A DNA stretch of 32,713 nt, from positions 69,808-102,520 of the forward strand of contig CALSCP010000368.1 of assembly GCA_943704425.1 (NCBI GenBank), in the 5' to 3' direction. Below are positions 21,648 to 32,713 of the stretch, in pieces (the stretch's first letter is position 1; every line of letters starts with the position of its first letter). A model generated the notes under the pieces. It did no database searches, was not told the origin of the DNA, and saw only the letters and a program-made list of their open reading frames with translations. The translations under genes and the position numbers were made by a program. The stretch comes from Ministeria vibrans ATCC 50519. Taxonomy: Eukaryota; Protista; Filasterea.

Positions 21648-23277
21648 TGTCTTTGTATGTTTGTGGTCTGTGCCTTGTATCTGTGTGTTGGCGTTGACCG
21701 CTGTGTTTTAGTCAAACAGTCGCATCAACGAGATCCTTTCGCGTCAGACAGAAGAATTAGCACGGGCGGCCGAGGCTGCCGAGAGGCTGATGCAAGAGAA
21801 CGAGTCGAGCCAACCGCATCATGGCCGAGAGGAGACGCACCGATCGCAGACGCACAATGTTGAAATGGCGGCGCCCCCTGTCCCATCGGGGCGGCCTGGT
21901 CGCGTGACACTGGGTCCAAGCCCACGACCTCGCGACCCACCGCTACCAAAGCGGTCAACTGCCTCCCGTTCGTCGACTGCGCATGACTCAAAGAAGTCCT
22001 CGACACGATCGACCGCATACCAGCGTAGCAAGTCGTCTACCACATCGACAACGACGACGCGCAACGGTCGTGACGCGACGAACGCCGCGTCACAAAGCGG
22101 ACCTCCGCCTGCAACCACTCGACCGACATTTGCGACGTCGACAAGTGCAACAACGACGAGTGCGGCTCGCAAGCGTGCAGAATCCATGGTCCACACCATA
22201 GTCGAGGAGTTAGGCTCGTGCATTGTAGAAGAGATTGACCCGCTTGACGACGATCTTGTGTCGTTGCAGCGGGAGCTCGACTCGTGGACAGCGACCCTGA
22301 AGAAGGCCATTGTGACGCAGTTTACACACGCCCGCATGCGCTCCATGCAAAAGTGCAAAGATCGTCTGTTGGAGGAGCGCCGACGCTTCACGGAGACTCT
22401 CGCGTCGGTGCAGACGCAGCTGGATGAGGCGCACGAGCTGTTGCGCGCCAAAGATGAAAAACTGCGACAAAAAACAATGGCACTGGACAGTCTGGCGGAG
22501 GCATTGGCACGCGAGAAGCAACGGCGTGAGATGCAGCGCACATTCAATGAGTGGCAGGTGCACCTGTGCAATCTGCGTCGCAAGGCCTTTTGCACCAAAT
22601 TGGCGGACGCACACCGTCAACGTGTGCTCAAGCGCAAGGCAGTTGCAGCATGGTTTGGAACCATCCAGAGTAAGTGGCGCGAGCGAGTGGAGCGTGCATG
22701 TCAGACGCGTGTTGAAGAGGCATACGTACAGATGCGCAATGACTACGAGCGTCGTATTGCTGGCCTTGAGCAGCGCCTCAGTGACGCTGCCAGGGAGACT
22801 GCAGCACTCCATGAGCACCGTGTGCGCTACGAGGAGACGATGAAAAAAGCGTTTATGCGAGGCGTGTGTGCCCTCAACATGGAGGCACTGAGCATCTTTG
22901 AGAAGCCTGGCGATGCACAGGAAACGAGCACCACGACGACCACGACCACAGCTACCTCAAGCAGCACCCGTGGTGGTGTTAACGAGAGAGAGGACTTACA
23001 ACACAGGAGTACCTCTACAGCGCACCCGCCGCCCTACACCTCCCACTCTCACGAGCAACCACGGGCCCAACCGTCGTCGGGTAGCAACAGCCCTCCTCCC
23101 TCTCGCTCCGGCACTCGCATCGTCACCGGAGTCCCCGCCATTGCTCCCGGTGCAGCCCCGCGGGCACGTGTCACTGTCCAGCGCCACCCCGCTCCGTCCG
23201 GGGCCTCTTCCTCTCGCGACCCCGATGCCTGCCCCCGGTCCTCCGTTCCTCGCATGCAACTCTCTGCTCGTTCCTAA
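21236..23277 (+). CDS. POC5: Centrosomal/centriolar centrin-binding protein POC5; exons 21236-21313, 21504-21584, 21712-23277
   Basis: Spliced N-terminus GSSVSSLG|DEYDELMRSAIVTP resembles the animal POC5 N-terminus ([23 protein letters not shown] as recalled). Coiled coil with Sfi1-like Trp repeats (FNEW, AAWF, SKWRERVERACQ) and the hallmark EETMKKAFMRGVCALNMEA. Confidence 0.92.
21614..21649. repeat. (TG)n microsatellite in POC5 intron 2
   Basis: Direct reading. Confidence 0.95.
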
Positions 23278-23561
23278 TACATACATTCGCATAACAACTG
23301 TCTTTCTTTTTTGTCACACTGTATAAGTTTGTTTTTATTTATACTATTTAATATATCGTATAGAGAGGGAGGGAAAAGAGTGTCCACACACAAAACAAAA
23401 AGGAATAATAAGAAGGAGAAGGAAGAAAGCAAAAAAAAAGATAGTAAGATATAAATAGCTATCCTGAACAAATTTAACAAACGAGTCGGAAAGTGCGAGA
23501 CAGACAGACAGACAGACAGACAGAGAACAACAACACACTGAGAATGCAAAAAGCCAAAGAC

Positions 23562-24842
23562 TCAGGCAAACTTTTCGAGTTTGGCAATGATATGTTTTCC
23601 GTAGGTGAACTTGCGGAGAGTGGGGACGTGAGGGCGGATACGGTGGAGGAGAGCACGGCGCTGTTCCGCGTCGCACAGGTCGATGAGCTTCTGAACGACG
23701 TAGTTGGCGTATGCATCGCGCATCATCGTCTGCAGAGCACTGTAAAAACACACACACGCACATATATATGCAGTGAGTGTGTGTTGTTTGATTCGCGTTG
23801 AAGTGATTGGTGTGTAATTCAACCATACCTGTCTGATTGGGTGAGTACTTCTTCGATAATGATGCGACGTTCGGCCTGACTGCCAAAAATGAGTGACTTC
23901 TCAACGACGTTCGAGGCAAACTTGTGAGTGCTGAACATCAGAATGTGATCACGCATCGCCGAGATGATTTTGTGGCGGTCTTCAGCGGCACCATGCTCAA
24001 GCACATGCTGGACCACATAGTTGCCGTACTGGTCCTACGAGAGAATGTGTGCGTATGTGTATGTGTGAGTGAGGCTGATGTGCAGCAACTTTGCATTGTA
24101 CCTGCACAAGTGAGTTGATTGAGCTGTGCATTTCGGCGAGAATAACTGCCGTTTGAAGGGGCGCACTGTACTCGAGAATGCGCTGGATTACACGACAGCC
24201 ATAGGGATGGGTAGACAGAGGGTACACCTACACCAAAGAGGAATGGTTGAGTACATTGACGAGATCCAAAAAAAAAAGTCATCATCGTACCTGGCCAACA
24301 AAAGAGTCAATGACAAACTGCAGTGATGTGGACGCAATGCGTTCAATGGCCTTTTGAACAACCTGAGGCGGACCCAAAAAAATATTAGTTTGAACATATT
24401 TATTCTAGTGAAATAATTCATACGTGGTTTCCATTCATATCCTTGACGCACTTGAGAACATGGCCATCAAGCTCGCGCACAAGCGTCGTCTGCTGCTCCA
24501 CACTGATGCTTTCAATCGCCTTCTGGATTACCCGACACCCATACATTTGCATTGCCAGCGGAAGCACATGACCCTCCATTCGACTGCAGACACCCCAAAG
24601 TGGATGAATAGAGTTAGTTGGGACCGTCTTCAGTAATGTTACTATTATGTGTCAGTACCGTGCAAGATTCTGTTTATGCTCGGGTGACCCGTGTTCAAAA
24701 AGTTTCTGGATGACATAGTTTCCTGCAAAAAAAAACACAAAAAAAACCATTAAACAAAGAGAAAGTGATAGGAAGGAAACAGAGTATAGAATGAAAGAGA
24801 AACAAAGTGAACAAAACGAGAGAGAGAGAAAAACAAAGTGAT

Positions 24843-24882
<40 letters not shown>

Positions 24883-25478
24883 GACAGAGACAGAGAGAGA
24901 GAGACAGAGAGAGAGGGAGAGAGAGAGAGATAGGAGGAGAAAGAAACAAAGTGATAGAGAGAGGAGGGAGAAAGTACAACAAAGTGAGAAAGCAAAGGAA
25001 CACGAAACAAACGATACCAAAGACGTCGGTCATGAGCTGGAGGGAATGTGGGAGAATCTCGTCAAAGACCAACTGCTTGTCGAGCTGAGAGGCAGTCTCG
25101 AGTTTCTGTTGGATGAAACGGGAGCCGTGCTGGTCGGAACTGAACTCGACGACATGCGACACAATGTCTGCGAGTTGCAGTTGTGGGTTGCGCGTGGCAC
25201 GGAAATCCTCTAGAAGTTTGCTGCGTGGGGTTGACGAGGCGGTGGTTGTGCTTGTGACAGCAGCAACAACGGCAGCGGTAGCATTCGTGGAGGACGACGA
25301 CGACGAAGGACGGTTGGACGACGACGAGGAGGAGGAGGAAGAGGAAGCGGTCGCGGGGGTTGAGGTGGCAGCAGACGGGTGCGAGGACGACGACGGCACG
25401 GGTGGTGTCACATCGGAGAGGTAGGGGTCTTGAGTGTGGTGTCGAGTGCCATTGGAACGGCCCTCCTGTTGTTGATGT

Positions 25479-25510
<32 letters not shown>

Positions 25511-26904
25511 TTGTTGTTGTTGTTGTTGCTGCTGCTGTTGTTGTTGATGATGATGATGATGTTGTTGGTGTTGCTGCTGGTGATGGTGTGGCTGCTGATG
25601 GTGCGTCTGCTGATGAGGATACTGCTGATGCTGCTGGAAGTTGTGACCATGGTGGTGGTGGAGATGATGGTGCCCGCCATGCTGCTGTTGCTGTTGCTGT
25701 GGAGGGTGATACCCCTTGAAATTGCCCCCACCAAAGTGACGCGTTTGTTGCTGCTGCTGCTGCTGCTGCTGTTGTTGTTGAGGTTGTTGTTGTTGTTGCT
25801 GTTGTTGGTGTTGTTGTTGGTGTTGGTGTTGTTGTTGTTGGTACGCCTGCTGCGGCTGCTGCTGTTGCTGCTGCTGAGGGTAGAAGTGGGGTACAGGCCC
25901 GGCACGCTGACCCTGTTGTTGTTGTAGTTGTTGTTGTTGGCCCATAGGGAGTGGTGTGAACGATGGCTTATCCCCTGGATTGAGTCCTGCCCGCACAAGC
26001 GCCTCGTCCCATTGCTGTTGCAGAAAAAAAGAAAATAATATATATTTAAAGGTGAAGAACGTTAAAGCTACACGAGTGTACCTGTTGCTGAGCGTGCAGG
26101 AGAGCAAGAGTCGTAAAGTGATTTTTCGGGTTGTTCAAGTCCGGATTGGGCACAACGCTATGGGGAAGAATGTCAGACACCAGTATGAGAAAGAACCCCC
26201 CTAATTGATAGGGTTTTTATTACCCATTCGTGACGTCGGCGGCCACGCCAGGAGCCATGCCGGTGGCGACAAGTTGCTGGAAAAGCACCTGGCGCTGCTG
26301 GAGTTGCTGCTGTTGTTGTTGATGAAAGAAGAAGGCCTGTTGTTGCTGCTGTTGTTGGTGCAGCTGGGCAGCCACAAGCGAGTACGCTGCTGCATTTGAG
26401 GATTCCAAAGGCGACGCGGGCGTCCCTGTGACATGGGCATTGGACGCGTTGCTTGCGTTGGGTGGTGGCGACGCCTGGAAGACGCCCTCGACAACGGGCG
26501 AGGTTGGCGATGGTGCAGTGACGTTGTTGGACGCTGTCATACCACTTGAAACAGCAGCGGAAGAGGCGGCTGCACTGCTGGTGGCTGTGGTGCTGGCAGC
26601 GGGAGGACTGGGCGAGGACAACGCGACGTTTGCCGTTGTTGCCGGAGTGTTTGCAGCGGCTGCAGTGGACGACACAGCAATACCGGCGGCAGTTGCGGCG
26701 GTCGATGGCGTGGGCGCGGCACTGGAGGCCTGGTCAGGCGGCGAGGAAGGCGATGCGACCGTCTCTCGAGTATGGCTGTTGGGTACCAAGTCAATGCTTG
26801 CCGGCAACAGATGCCGCATGTACAGCGGATCGTGCATAGCGGACTCGGCGGCATCCATGCCTTGCGAAATCATCTATCGGCCAAAGAAACCCAAAATATG
26901 GATG

Positions 26905-26973
<69 letters not shown>

Positions 26974-27630
26974 AAAGAAGCAAAAAAACAATACCAGATT
27001 TTGAAAAGCAAGGCCGTTGAGAGACGCAAGGAGTTGTTCTTCGCGGAGACGCTCTTCTCGGAGTTCGCGCAGACGCTCGTCAAAGACCACAGACGACGGG
27101 GTGGTTGGAAAATCCTCTTGGATCATATCCAAAGGCGATTTTTTCGCAGCGTCAGTCAATGCAGACAATGGAGCGAGAGACGACTGGGCTGGGGCGGTGG
27201 TGGTGGCAGCGGAGGCTGTGGCGGGGGCTGCGGGGGCTGTGGCGGGCGCGGTAGCGGCGTTTGAGGGCGGAATGAGAGGGGCGACGAGGCTCGGTGCTGC
27301 TGCAAACGGCGGTGTTGTGGAATTTGTCGCGTTGGGCGTCGTGCTGGCGCTGCTGGTGGTCGACCAGGCAAGCTGGGGGACGGCACCGACGCCTGCGCTT
27401 GCGATGACGGGATAGCTGTGCAAGGGAACGGTTGGCGAGGCGTCGCCGGGAATTCCATTGGCCACAAACAGGGGTGGAGGCGCGTTCATGGCAGCCGCAG
27501 TGGCAGCCAGCATGCTGGGATCTTGCGGGCCGCCGGAGAGCCAGACGGGTGCGTACGATGGGAGATTGGGGAGGGCAGTAGGGGGCACACCCGGCGACGA
27601 CGCGACCGTTACATGGTCCATGTCACCCAT
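23562..27630 (-). CDS. PUM: Pumilio/PUF RNA-binding protein; exons 27630-26995, 26873-26224, 26157-26082, 26014-25018, 24722-24659, 24583-24424, 24362-24291, 24227-24102, 24034-23829, 23739-23562
   Basis: Frame-consistent GT-AG splicing gives RSKLLEDFR, eight Puf repeats (GSRFIQ, GNYVIQ, GCRVIQ, GNHVVQ, GCRVIQ, GNYVVQ, ASNVVE, ANYVVQ) and [17 protein letters not shown]-terminal half is Q/H/A/S-rich. The start codon is the least certain part. Confidence 0.94.
24845..24930. repeat. (GA)n microsatellite in Pumilio intron 4
   Basis: Direct reading. Confidence 0.95.
25468..25940 (-). repeat. Coding CAG/CAA/CAC/CAT trinucleotide tracts encoding poly-Q/poly-H in Pumilio
   Basis: Runs of ctg/ttg/gtg/atg on the + strand inside exon 4. 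Confidence 0.93.
26908..26971. repeat. 64-nt poly(A) run (poly-U in the pre-mRNA) in Pumilio intron 1
   Basis: Direct reading. Confidence 0.95.
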
Positions 27631-27784
27631 GAAAAGCCGCGCGAAGGGTAGAGACGAGGGAGTGGGGTGGGGTGGGATGGGGTGGGGTGGGCTTCAGGTT
27701 GTGCCACACACTAGGTAGTGAGCGTTGAAATGAATGAGGAATTGAGAATTGCGAACGCGATCGATCAAATCTAATCAAATTCAA

Positions 27785-29710
27785 ATGTCTGGCGCCGAGA
27801 TACGCCAAGGGCTTGGTCCTTGGAACGAGGTTCCTTTGTGTGTACGGTCTCACTTGGCGGTAGTCATGGAGCTGTTGGAGGTAGGACTATAAATTCATAC
27901 TATGAAGCTTTTCAACAATAAACAAAACACTGAAATGCAGAAGCACACGGACACGCTTGAGTTGCACGAGCGAACCATGACTGGACTCGATGAGTCGATT
28001 GCCCAGTGTGTGACTCGTTCTGAGATAAAGAGATTGGGCCAGGAGAGTGGGACTGACAGTGACAGTTCGAGCGCGCCAAGACGAGGGCGCCCGTCGCCCA
28101 GCTCCGTGACGCTCCAGAGCGAATCTGAGCTCGCCCACTTGCGGCAGACTATCAAGGGTCTTCGTGAACGCGTGTGTGAACTCGAGCGCGCTCAACAGCG
28201 ACGCGATTTGGACGAGAGCGACCAGCGCGCCAAAATTGAATTGGTCGACGAATCGGACTTGATGAGTCGTGTGGAAGTGCTGCGCCTGCTCAGTGAAAAG
28301 GCTACAAAGCAAAGCGTAGCGGATGCTCTCAAACGCAAAGTGAACGCGCGCGAGTTTACCGATTGCATTGCAACGAAGCTGGATGCGACTGATGTTGAAG
28401 CGCTCATAGAGCAACGCCTTGCCGACCTGACTGTCACTCAGCGTCGTGCTCAAGAGGACGTTGAACGCGTCATGGCGCGCATTGACGAACTTGAAAGACT
28501 ACGACCGAGTCGCGACGAGGTGGAGTCGGCACTCGATGGTGTCGAGCAACAGTGTGCGCATCATGCAGCGTCGCTCGTCGAGACGTGCCTCGACGAACAC
28601 GTACACGCACTGCGTGAAGACCTCTATGCTGCCGTGGACGATGCAGTGGCGGCGCACGACCCAGCACGACTTGCGGCGTCCGTCACCGAACTAGGGACCA
28701 CCGTGAGTACGCTGGCGGGACGCGTCGAGGAAACGCACCGATTGGCGTCGGCAGTCAGGGACGCTACACAGTGTCGCATGTCGGAAGAGGACGGTGCAAG
28801 TGAAGAGCGAGTATCGCCCAGTGTGCGCCACGCCCTTGAACGCCGCATGGACAGTGTACAACGTGACACGACGCGTGCTCTAGACGAACTACAGCGACGC
28901 GTCGACAACGGCACACACGAACGCCATTGTGAGGTACAACGGGCACTTAACGATGCGCTCGACGAGACACGACGACGCACGGCGTTGATCGAGGAGCGAG
29001 TGCGAGCACACGAGGTCGATATGATGCGTCGTGAAAAGGCACTGGCGTCACAAATCCACGAGCATGAGTCAAATATTGTGGCGCAGACGCGCACGGCGAC
29101 TGCCAGTGTGGTGGACGAGGCGGTGCGAGCAGCGCGAAAGAAGGACAAGGGCGCGCGCAACGAACTGCAGATGTCGGTGCGTCGACTGCACTCGGCGCTC
29201 GAACAGCAAACTGCCATCAACCGGTCGCTACACACCAGTGTTGAGCGGGCCAGTCGTACGATGGCACTCGGGCGATGGCACTTTGAGCTTGCCAGTACAC
29301 CTGTCAGTTTGCACACGGCCGTTGCGGTTCCTTTGACGACAACCATTCTCACAGAAGGGCCTGTGCACCTCCTGGAGTGGCACTCGGGCGACAGTGCCGT
29401 AGTGGTAACACACGCAGGCCTGTACCGAGTGCGTCTTGTCGTGTCCCACCTCGCAGCCGCACTACCATCGCCATCACCACCGCCCGTCGTGAGTGTCCTC
29501 GCAAACTGCTCACCTGTCATGCACCTCCACACTTCCCCCTCCTCGTCCACACGCCCCCCCACCACCCCTTTCCCTTCTGTCTCAGCATCGTCTCATGCGC
29601 TCCTCTCAGCCGTCGCGTGTGTCCGCCTCGCCCGTCGCGACCGCCTTTCCATTGCCGCAGTTCACCTGACCGCTGTGGCAGGCCTTCTTGAAATCAGCCA
29701 AATGTCGTAG
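27785..29710 (+). CDS. Uncharacterised long coiled-coil protein with a C-terminal C1q/TNF-like beta domain; exons 27785-27880 and 27941-29710
   Basis: An ATG exon (MSGAEIRQGLGPWNEVPLCVRSHLAVVMELLE) joins in frame through a 60-nt GT-AG intron. Heptad-rich body with KA/KV/KL-type repeats (EKATKQSVADALKRKVN, TKLDATDV); beta-rich tail (GRWHF...LEWHSGDSAVVVTHAGLYRVRL...VSVLAN...LARRDRLSI...GLLEISQM). The fold call is inference. Confidence 0.75.
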
Positions 29711-29784
29711 AGACCGAATAATATAATTATAATTATATAAGAAAAGAAAAAAGAAATCTCTCGTTTTTACAAATAGAGCAGTAC

Positions 29785-31135
29785 TCAAATCTAAAGAATA
29801 TGAAAAAGAAAAGAAAACGAAAAAAAAAAAAAAACAAGAAAGCGAGTGAGAAAAGAGTGAGAGCGGAACCGAGTTGAGGATTACGTCATCAATGTCGTCG
29901 TCATCATCATCGTCGTCGCCTTCGTGCTGGAAGACCAGCTCATCGTCGTCGTCGCCCTGGCCAAACGTGACTGTTTCGTTGATCTTTGCCGACTCCTATC
30001 GAGAGCAGCGAGACAAAAAAGAGTTGTGTGAGTGTGGGCGCGGGCCAAGCAAGGCCTTGATTTGCGTACCGGCAGCTCGCCGTAGGTCTTGAGGCTGCGC
30101 GCCTCGTCGGCGTTGTACTTGAGAATGATGTCACCGCGGTCGTCTTGGTACTCGCGCAGACCAATCAAAATGATGTCGCCCTGGTTAATCCACACCTACG
30201 ACAAGTACGCGCACAACAACACGATGAATTGTCCCAACTGACTGCGTGTGTGCACATTTACCTTCTTTCGCAGCTTGCCACGGATATGGCAGATGCGTTG
30301 CTTGCCATCAAAGCAGTTCGCCTCAATGTAGCCATTGCCAAGCATCTTCTGCACTTGTGCGTATTCTGCACACACAACAAAAAAAATGAGCAACAACTCA
30401 ACGCCACTGCGGATTTCTCGCGTATGGACAAGACGACCAAAACAAACATGGTCAAGGTATAGACGCAAGAACAGCAGGGAGAAGTAAAACGCCGTATTAA
30501 AACCACACAGCGAAGGGAAGGGAGAGACGCGCGCCGTTGCGACGAAACTCGACCGTTGCAGGGCCACCCAGCGTGGAATGCATGGCACGGGGTGTTCAGT
30601 GGGTAGACCGAGAGTAACGTGGTCGGGGAGCAGAACAACGAGGATGGCGTTGGAAGGAGAAGGAGCGCAAAAGAGCTGGACGCATGCAGCCAAAAAGCGC
30701 TTCACGCGACACGACGACTGCGCCCGAGCGCTCACCTTGGCCGTCGTCTTTGAAAATGAGCTCGCGCTTGTCCGCGTCGTTCTCGTTCTTTCCTCGCCTG
30801 CGGTTTTTACCACCTTTTCCTGCGCACGGAGCAGAGCGGTGGGTGTCAGACAAGATATCGTTTGCGCATCAGAAAAAAAAAAGAAAAAAAAAGAGAGAGG
30901 AAACCTCACAGAAAAAAAAAATGTGTGTGTATGTGTGTGTGTGTGTGTGTGTGTGTCAACGGGAGAGTATGGGGGCAAGGAGAAGAGGGCAGTGCTAACA
31001 ACGCATATGGGAGAGCGAAGACGCGACGAGCGGAAGAGAATCAGTGGTGGTCGAGCAAATAGAGCACAGGGACACTTCCACGGGCGGTAGACGACCCCTG
31101 TCTGCATACTGCGGCGTACCTTTACTCTTGGGCAT
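29785..31135 (-). CDS. EIF1A: Eukaryotic translation initiation factor 1A; exons 31135-31120, 30819-30736, 30365-30262, 30195-30070, 29995-29885, 29790-29785
   Basis: MPKSKG|[12 protein letters not shown]...KDDGQ|[12 protein letters not shown]...HIRGKLRKK|[18 protein letters not shown]...YGELP|ESAKINET...DDIDD|I*; all junctions are GT-AG and in frame. Confidence 0.97.
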
Positions 31136-31220
31136 GGCTGTGTATATGAATTATTTTGATTCTTGAATATTTTAAGTAAGTCATAAGTCATAAGACAGAT
31201 TTATTCTTTCATCTTTGCGA
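31136..31220. promoter_or_regulatory. 85-bp AT-rich divergent spacer between eIF1A and GH3 with three tandem TAAG(T/A)CA heptamers (31177-31197)
   Basis: Lies between outward-facing ATGs at 31135 and 31221; TAAGTCA TAAGTCA TAAGACA. Function inferred from position. Confidence 0.55.
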
Positions 31221-32647
<1,427 letters not shown>

Positions 32648-32659
32648 GTATGTAATCCA

Positions 32660-32713
<54 letters not shown>
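32660..32713. repeat. Compound (CA)n(TA)n microsatellite in GH3 intron 6, running to the window end
   Basis: Direct reading. Confidence 0.95.

Noticed and set aside
5025-25017. GTATC-starting donors (LPCAT3 5032, PIP5K 15648, Pumilio 25017) as U12-type introns
   Set aside because: None matches GTATCCTT and I see no TCCTTAAC branch site; treated as U2-type.
26908-26971. Poly(A) runs (also 1-24, 412-437, 17556-17591) as retroelement tails
   Set aside because: No target-site duplications or element body; such homopolymers are common in introns throughout the window.
27623-27867. Possible extra 5' Pumilio exon (ATG ACT ACC GCC AA|gtgag at 27867, minus) that could splice in frame
   Set aside because: It lies inside the better-supported first coding exon of the plus-strand gene (27785-27880) and needs a weak AAG acceptor.
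30366-31119. Possible snoRNAs in the long eIF1A introns (also POC5 intron 1)
   Set aside because: No convincing C/D box pair with terminal stem or H/ACA layout by eye; an Infernal/Rfam scan would be needed.

Overview
Gene-dense eukaryotic nuclear DNA with GT-AG spliceosomal introns (many 44-130 nt), microsatellite-rich introns and very short intergenic gaps (51-385 bp). I rebuilt 11 protein-coding genes by hand from splice sites and reading frame: the 3' part of AP-5 mu (AP5M1), a secreted intronless GH78 alpha-L-rhamnosidase-like gene, an LPCAT3-type MBOAT, NRDE2, a single-chain biotin-dependent acyl-CoA carboxylase (BC-BCCP-CT), a type I PIP5K, a four-PH-domain protein, centriolar POC5, Pumilio, a coiled-coil protein with a C1q/TNF-like C-terminus, eIF1A, plus the 5' part of a twelfth gene, a GH3 beta-xylosidase-like gene. 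Animal-like PIP5K1, LPCAT3 and POC5 sequences and animal-like eIF1A intron positions suggest a centriole-bearing unicellular relative of animals (inference, not verified). I see no rRNA, tRNA, CRISPR array or transposase. I cannot support a single self-contained novel system. The best leads are: (i) a bacterial-style single-chain carboxylase with no targeting peptide; (ii) a PIP5K transcribed head-to-head with a four-PH protein across a palindrome-containing promoter; (iii) a strong +4C (GTAC) bias at 5' splice sites; (iv) a ~24-26 nt motif shared in sense orientation by introns of three unrelated genes; (v) a probably horizontally acquired GH78 with a furin-like insertion; (vi) an uncharacterised coiled-coil/C1q-like protein near POC5. 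Family assignments rest on motif recognition from memory, not database searches.
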